NCBI RefSeq assembly: GCF_009914755.1
Contig: NC_060926.1
Direction: 5' to 3' (one strand)
DNA: 64,000 bases
Origin: the human T2T-CHM13v2.0 reference genome, Homo sapiens
Positions 58,836 to 64,000 of the stretch are shown one piece after another (within the stretch, counting starts at the first letter, position 1; each line of letters starts with the position of its first letter). The notes below the pieces were generated by a model. The model was given only the letters and a program-made list of their open reading frames with translations. It was not told where the DNA came from and made no database searches. The position numbers and the translations under genes are program-made.

Positions 58836-59859
58836 GGAACACTGTGAAGTATGGAAGATCTGGGAAACCCTCCAGGTATTGATAAGGAAAAAAACAATTA
58901 AGAATCAAAGCCTTAAGAAAATTGCATTTTCAATGTCATATAAAATGACCTTTAATTGTGAGGAGTTAAGAATTATTCCACGTCCAGGCTCCCATGTGTC
59001 TATCAAGAATCTTTACATTACAAAATTCAAGCTCCTGCTTTGTTTTAATAATGTCTTTAGGCTTCCACTGGGAATTTCTTCAATACACAAAGATGTTAAT
59101 AGGAGAACAAGAAAAGTATTTGAAGGACTTCCTGACTCACAATTATTCTTTGGGAAAGTTGAATTTTTTTAACATATGAAAGAATATTTGTGCCTCATCT
59201 TCTCAGAGATAACTCATTGTAGCCACAATTCTATCAGCACAAGACTATTGTTCATTATAGAATTGTGAACAATAGTTCTCTCTGTTGGAGGGGGTGTCCC
59301 AAGACAACTTAATGAGAAAATGAAGGCACGAGAAATGCAATTCTCTTATGAATGCAAACAGCTAATTTAACAAATTACACAGTAGATTTTTTTAAATGCA
59401 GAAAATGCAAACAAGACTCTGGCTCTTCAGAAGCCAAGAATCTTTACGTGAAGCGTTTTTTGTTTTTCGTTTCTGTGTGTGTGTGTTTTTTTTTTTTTTT
59501 TGCACACACACACAAAAAGGCTCAAGGTTTGAAATTTCTTTTTTCTAATCCCAAGATCAAAGAAGTGCAAGGATGTAATTTCTTTCCTTAATAAAAACAA
59601 CTTTTACCATAGCAATACCACATATTGTTACACAGAGCCAGCTGAGAAGAGGCAATGGTGTATTACAAAGCAGTGTTAATATTTTTGGGGCATTTTGTGT
59701 ACTTGAGGTTTCTTATCATAATAATTTTAACTGGGGCTATGCAATTATTGTCCAGTAATAAAGAACTGTTTTATAGAAGGATTATTTGTTCATTACCTGG
59801 TTTGGGGTAGTTTTTGTTGTTACTTTATACAATTGTATAGAACTGTGGCATGTAAAAAG

Positions 59860-60230
59860 CACCATGGCATATGCAAAGCTGTTCATTGCAGCAATGCTTA
59901 TAACTGCAAATAACTGCAGAAAACTAGATGTTCATCAAAAAACATGTTTTAAATAAATTATGATGTAACTATTCAGTGAAATATTAGGCAACTAGTTCAT
60001 AAACCAGTGAGGTGGTTTATGAAACTCTTCTTCACAGATATATTAAAGTAGAAAGATGCAGTTTAGTACATTTAATAAGTGATCATTTGTGAGACAGAAG
60101 GACATGTATATGTAAGTTGTATATGCATAGGCTGATTTTTAAAAAGAGCAATTGTGAAAAGGGGATTGAGAGAGTAAGAATCGGGCATTGGAAGGAGAAT
60201 TTTTACTTATTGCCTTTTTGTGTTGTGTTA
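59860..60230 (+). mobile_element. L1ME 3' fragment
   Basis: gttcattgcagcaatgcttataactgcaaa...atgttcatcaa...aaataaattatg. Confidence 0.6.
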
Positions 60231-60269
60231 TATGTCATCTGTAGTGTTGTCTAAAATACTTCAACATAG

Positions 60270-60499
60270 CCTGGGCAACATAGCGAAAACTCATCTCTAA
60301 CAAAAATACAAAAAGTAATAATAATAACTGGGCATGGTGGTGTGCACCTGTAGTCCCAGCTACTTGGGAGGCTGAGGTGGGAGGATCGCTTGAGCCTGGG
60401 AGGCGGAGATTGCAGTGACTGAGATCACACCACTGCACTCCAGCCTAGACAGTAGAGGGGGACCCTGTCTCAAAAAATAAAAATAAAATAAAATAAAAT
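60270..60499 (+). mobile_element. 5'-truncated AluJ
   Basis: Starts mid left arm; (AAAAT)n tail; perfect TSD aatacttcaacatag at 60255-60269 and 60500-60514. Confidence 0.92.
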
Positions 60500-60749
60500 A
60501 ATACTTCAACATAGGTAGGGTGGTATATATGTACATATTCAATATTTTTAACATTCTTGTACCCTTCAAATATTAGTTAATATTTGAAGTGCCCTAATCA
60601 GGAATATGCCACCAAATAATTATTAATAATAATTAGCATTTAAAAGTGGTGATAAAAAGTATACATTCCAGAAATAGGCCAACATAATCACATCATCAGT
60701 CTTGCTTTCTGAGCTATAGCAGAGGTCAAATTGGTTAAAAATAGATTTT

Positions 60750-60875
60750 ATTCATCTATTCAAGTATTTAACAAATATTTATTGAGAAACTACATAATTA
60801 GTAGTTTAGCACAGGCATTTTAGCACTTGGCCTATATTGGCAAACAGAATAAAAATTCTTACTCTCTTAGTGATC
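60750..60875 (-). mobile_element. L2 3' end
   Basis: attcatctattcaagtatttaacaaatatttattgagaaactac. Confidence 0.65.
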
Positions 60876-61302
60876 TAACATACCTTTTAAAGGTTTTCTT
60901 TATGGATGACATTAGAAGATATGACTTTATTTCTAGCCATGATGAATTAAATAGTACCTGACTTCCACCCAAACAAAACCAATTGGAAAACTTAACGTAA
61001 TATTAAATTAGAGTTTACAGAGACTAAAACACAGGAAGTCCAGGACAGTAAGGCCTAGGAGAAAGTAAACAAACAAGGTGAGCCCTACCATTGACCTAGC
61101 CTGTTTCATAGAAGTAATTTCTGGGCAGTAGCACAGAAATGGAGAAAACCTAAGCAAACCACAGTGGGCTTGCTGACAGGAAGAGAGGATGTTCAGAGTA
61201 CATGGAGGCAGCTGAAAGAGTAGAATACTGGAGAGGACATTCTAAACAAAGGTATTCTCTTGAGTAGGAAAACCATAGGGCAACTGTAAGCTGAGTAATT
61301 TT

Positions 61303-61474
61303 TTAAAAATTATACTTTAAATTCCAGGATACAAGTGCAGAACATGTAGGTTTGTTACACAGATATATGTGTGCCGTGGTGGTTTGCTGCACCAATTTAC
61401 CCGTCATCTAGGTTTTAAGCCCTGCATGCATCAGCCATTTGTACTAATGCTCTCCCTCCCCTCACCCACCACCC
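61303..61474 (-). mobile_element. L1PA8-like extreme 3' end
   Basis: gtcatctaggttttaagccctgcatgcat; TSD agctgagtaatttt at 61289-61302 and 61475-61488. Confidence 0.9.
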
Positions 61475-61854
61475 AGCTGAGTAATTTTCAATGTTCACAT
61501 GGGGCTGGGAGATATCCAAGTTCCAATTAGCCAAAGCAAAGACTTTATTGAGGCACTAGGCCATTGAATAGAGACCCCAAAAGGGTCTTGCCCTAGCAAT
61601 AGGACTAACTAGGGCTACAGTAAGGACTACTCAAGTTCCATACTAAAAAAGATTCAGAACAAGCCTCAAAACTACAGCCTTATCTCGGCTAACTGATAAA
61701 ATAAAATTGCACATTTTAAAAAAAAGACAGCAAAATATTGATTCTTGAAAATGTCTAGCATCCAATCGAAAATTATAAAGATGTGCAAAGAAGTAGCAAA
61801 ATGTGATTAGTAACCAACAAAAACTAAATAAAAGGAAAAAGTCATGGTAGGATA

Positions 61855-62287
61855 CAGTTGACCCCTGAATAACTTGAATCCAAACTACACAAGTCCACTT
61901 ATAAATGGATTTTCTTCTGCCTTTGCCAGCCCTGAGACAGCAAGACCAATGCCTTCTCTTCTTCCTCCTTCTCAGCCTACTCGATGTGAAGATAATGAAG
62001 ATGAAAACTTTTATGATGATCCACTTCCACTTGAGGAATAAATATTTTTATTTTCCTTATGATTTTCTTAGTAACATTTTTTCTCTACCTTACTTTATTG
62101 TAAGAATACAGTATAATGCATATAACATACAAAAATATGTGTTAATCAACTGTGTTATTGGTAAGGCTTTCAGTCAGCAGTTGGCTATTAGCAGTCAAGT
62201 GTTTATGGAGTCAAAAGTTAGACACAGATTTTCAACTGCACAGAGAGGTCAATATCCCTAAACCCCATGTTGTTCAAGGGTCAACTA
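61855..62287 (+). mobile_element. Tigger2a (MER28-like) DNA transposon
   Basis: TIRs cagttgacccctgaataac / gttgttcaagggtcaacta flanked by TA; cctgagacagcaagaccaa. Confidence 0.9.
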
Positions 62288-63210
62288 TACCAAGGAAAAC
62301 GTGAACAAAATGAAGAAAGACATGAAACCTATTTTAAAAAAGATATGAAACTTCTTGAAATGAATATTCATGTCAGAAATGACAAACTTACTATATGTGC
62401 TTAACATCAAATTTTAGACACTATAATAACTTAAAGATATGGTGTAAGAAAACTTCCAAACTGAATCACAGAAAGGAAAAAAAATCCTGAACAAAATGGG
62501 CAAGTATTTACTTATGGGACAATACCAAGAATTCTGAGATCTATGAAATTAAAATACTTAAATTCAAGAATCAAAAAGGGTGGAGGAAGAGGAATTGAAT
62601 AAACTAATGTTTTTAAATTTAATGAGAACTGTAAGCCCACAGAGGCTCAATATGCTCAACCAATCTCAAGCACAAACATCATAGTCAAATTGCTGAAAAC
62701 TAGTGATAAGAAGATAGCCTTAAAAGCAACCAGAGTAAAAAGGCATTACTTAAAGAAAAGCAAAAGGAGAATTACACTGATTTCTAGTTAGAACTAATTC
62801 AAGCCAAAACAAACAAACAAAAAATAGAATGACATATATAAAGAGACGAAGAAAAACTATCAATTTGCTATCCAGTGAAAATATACTTTAAAAAGAAGTG
62901 AAAATAAAGGCTTTTTCAGATAAACAAAAACAGAGACAGACTTGTCATTAGCAGACTTGTACACAATAAATGTTATATAAAGTTTTTTCTGATTCAAGTA
63001 AAAGGGTACCCCATGAATACCTAAATCTACACAAAGGAATAAAGACAGTGGATAAGGCTAATATGTGGATAATATATTACTTATATTTTTGAATTTTCTA
63101 ATTTGTTAAAAAATAATTATAAGATAACACTGTGAAATTCATTAGACATGAAGAAATATAATGATTAAAACAATAGCAAAAAGGGTAGGAGGGAGAAATG
63201 AAGGTACACA

Positions 63211-64000
63211 TTTTTTAAGTTTTATTTTAAGTTCAGGAGTACATGTGCAGTTTGTCATATATGTAAACTCATGTCATGGGGGTTTATTGTACAGATTATT
63301 TCATCACCCAGGTATTCAGCCTAGAACCTATTAGCTATTTTTCCTGATGCTATTTCTCCTCCCACCCTCCACCTTCTGGTAGACCCCAGTGTCTGTTGTT
63401 CCCCTCTATGTGTCCATGTGCTCTCATCATTCAGCTCCCATTTTTAAGTGAGAACATGCAGTATTTGGGTTTCTGTTCCTGCATTAGTTAGCTAAGAATG
63501 ATGCCCTCCAGCTCCATCTAAGTTCCAGCGAAGGACATGATCTCATTCTTTTTATGACTGCATAGTATTCCATGGTGTATATGTACCACACTTTCTTTAT
63601 CCAATCTGCCATTGATTGGCATTTAGGTTGATTCATGTCTTTGCTATTGTGAGTAGCACTGCAGTGATTATATGTGTGCACGTGTCTTTATGATGGAACA
63701 ATTTATATTCTTTTGGGTATATACCCAGTAATGGGGTTGCTGAGTCAAACGGTAGTTCTGGTTTTAGGTCTGAGGAATTGCCACACTGTTTTCCACAATG
63801 ATCAAACTAATTTACACTCCCACCAACAGTATATAAGCGTTTTTTTCTGCAACCTTGCCAGCATCTGTTATTTTTTGACTTTTTAATAGTAGCCATTCAA
63901 ACTGTGAGATGGCGTAAGATGGTATCTCATTGTGGTTTTAATTTGAATTTCTCTAATGATCAGTGATGTTGAGCTTTTTCTCTTATGATTGTTGGCTGCA
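63211..64000 (-). mobile_element. L1PA (PA13-15-like) 3' end, continuing past the window edge
   Basis: Minus-strand translation WIKKVWYIYTMEYYAVIK; 3'UTR gtacagattatttcatcacccaggta. Confidence 0.92.

Larger units (their letters stand above)
60915..63205 (+). mobile_element. Old L1M 5'UTR/ORF1 region interrupted by L1PA and Tigger2a
   Basis: ORF1-like catcatagtcaaattgctgaaaac, ttaaaagcaaccagag, tatccagtgaaaatatactt, aaaggctttttcagataaacaaaa. Confidence 0.7.

Overview
This is primate (very probably human) genomic DNA: AT-rich, CpG-poor and dominated by interspersed repeats. These include Alu J/S/Y, L1PA/PB/M, HAL1, L2, L3/CR1, MIR, MaLR LTRs (THE1, MLT1) and hAT/Tigger DNA transposon fossils. 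I find no host protein-coding exon, RNA gene, CRISPR array or prokaryotic system. The only long ORF is the frameshifted ORF2 of a 5'-truncated L1PA (38.9-42.8 kb, minus strand). Three structures stand out. (1) A young L1PA 3' end and about 390 bp of an older L1PB 3' end sit inside one perfect 15-bp target-site duplication (TSD) at 2505-3089, a probable L1 3' transduction. (2) A 16-copy 25-bp VNTR with ordered variant blocks arose from old L1 sequence at 1886-2285. (3) A cluster of local templated copies lies at 56.5-60.8 kb: a 183-bp ungapped inverted duplication joined to a ~57-bp direct copy and apparently splitting a MER5, a ~48-bp inverted copy, and interleaved hairpins. Repeat subfamily names come from recalled consensus features, not a database search. 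Boundaries of old repeats are approximate.
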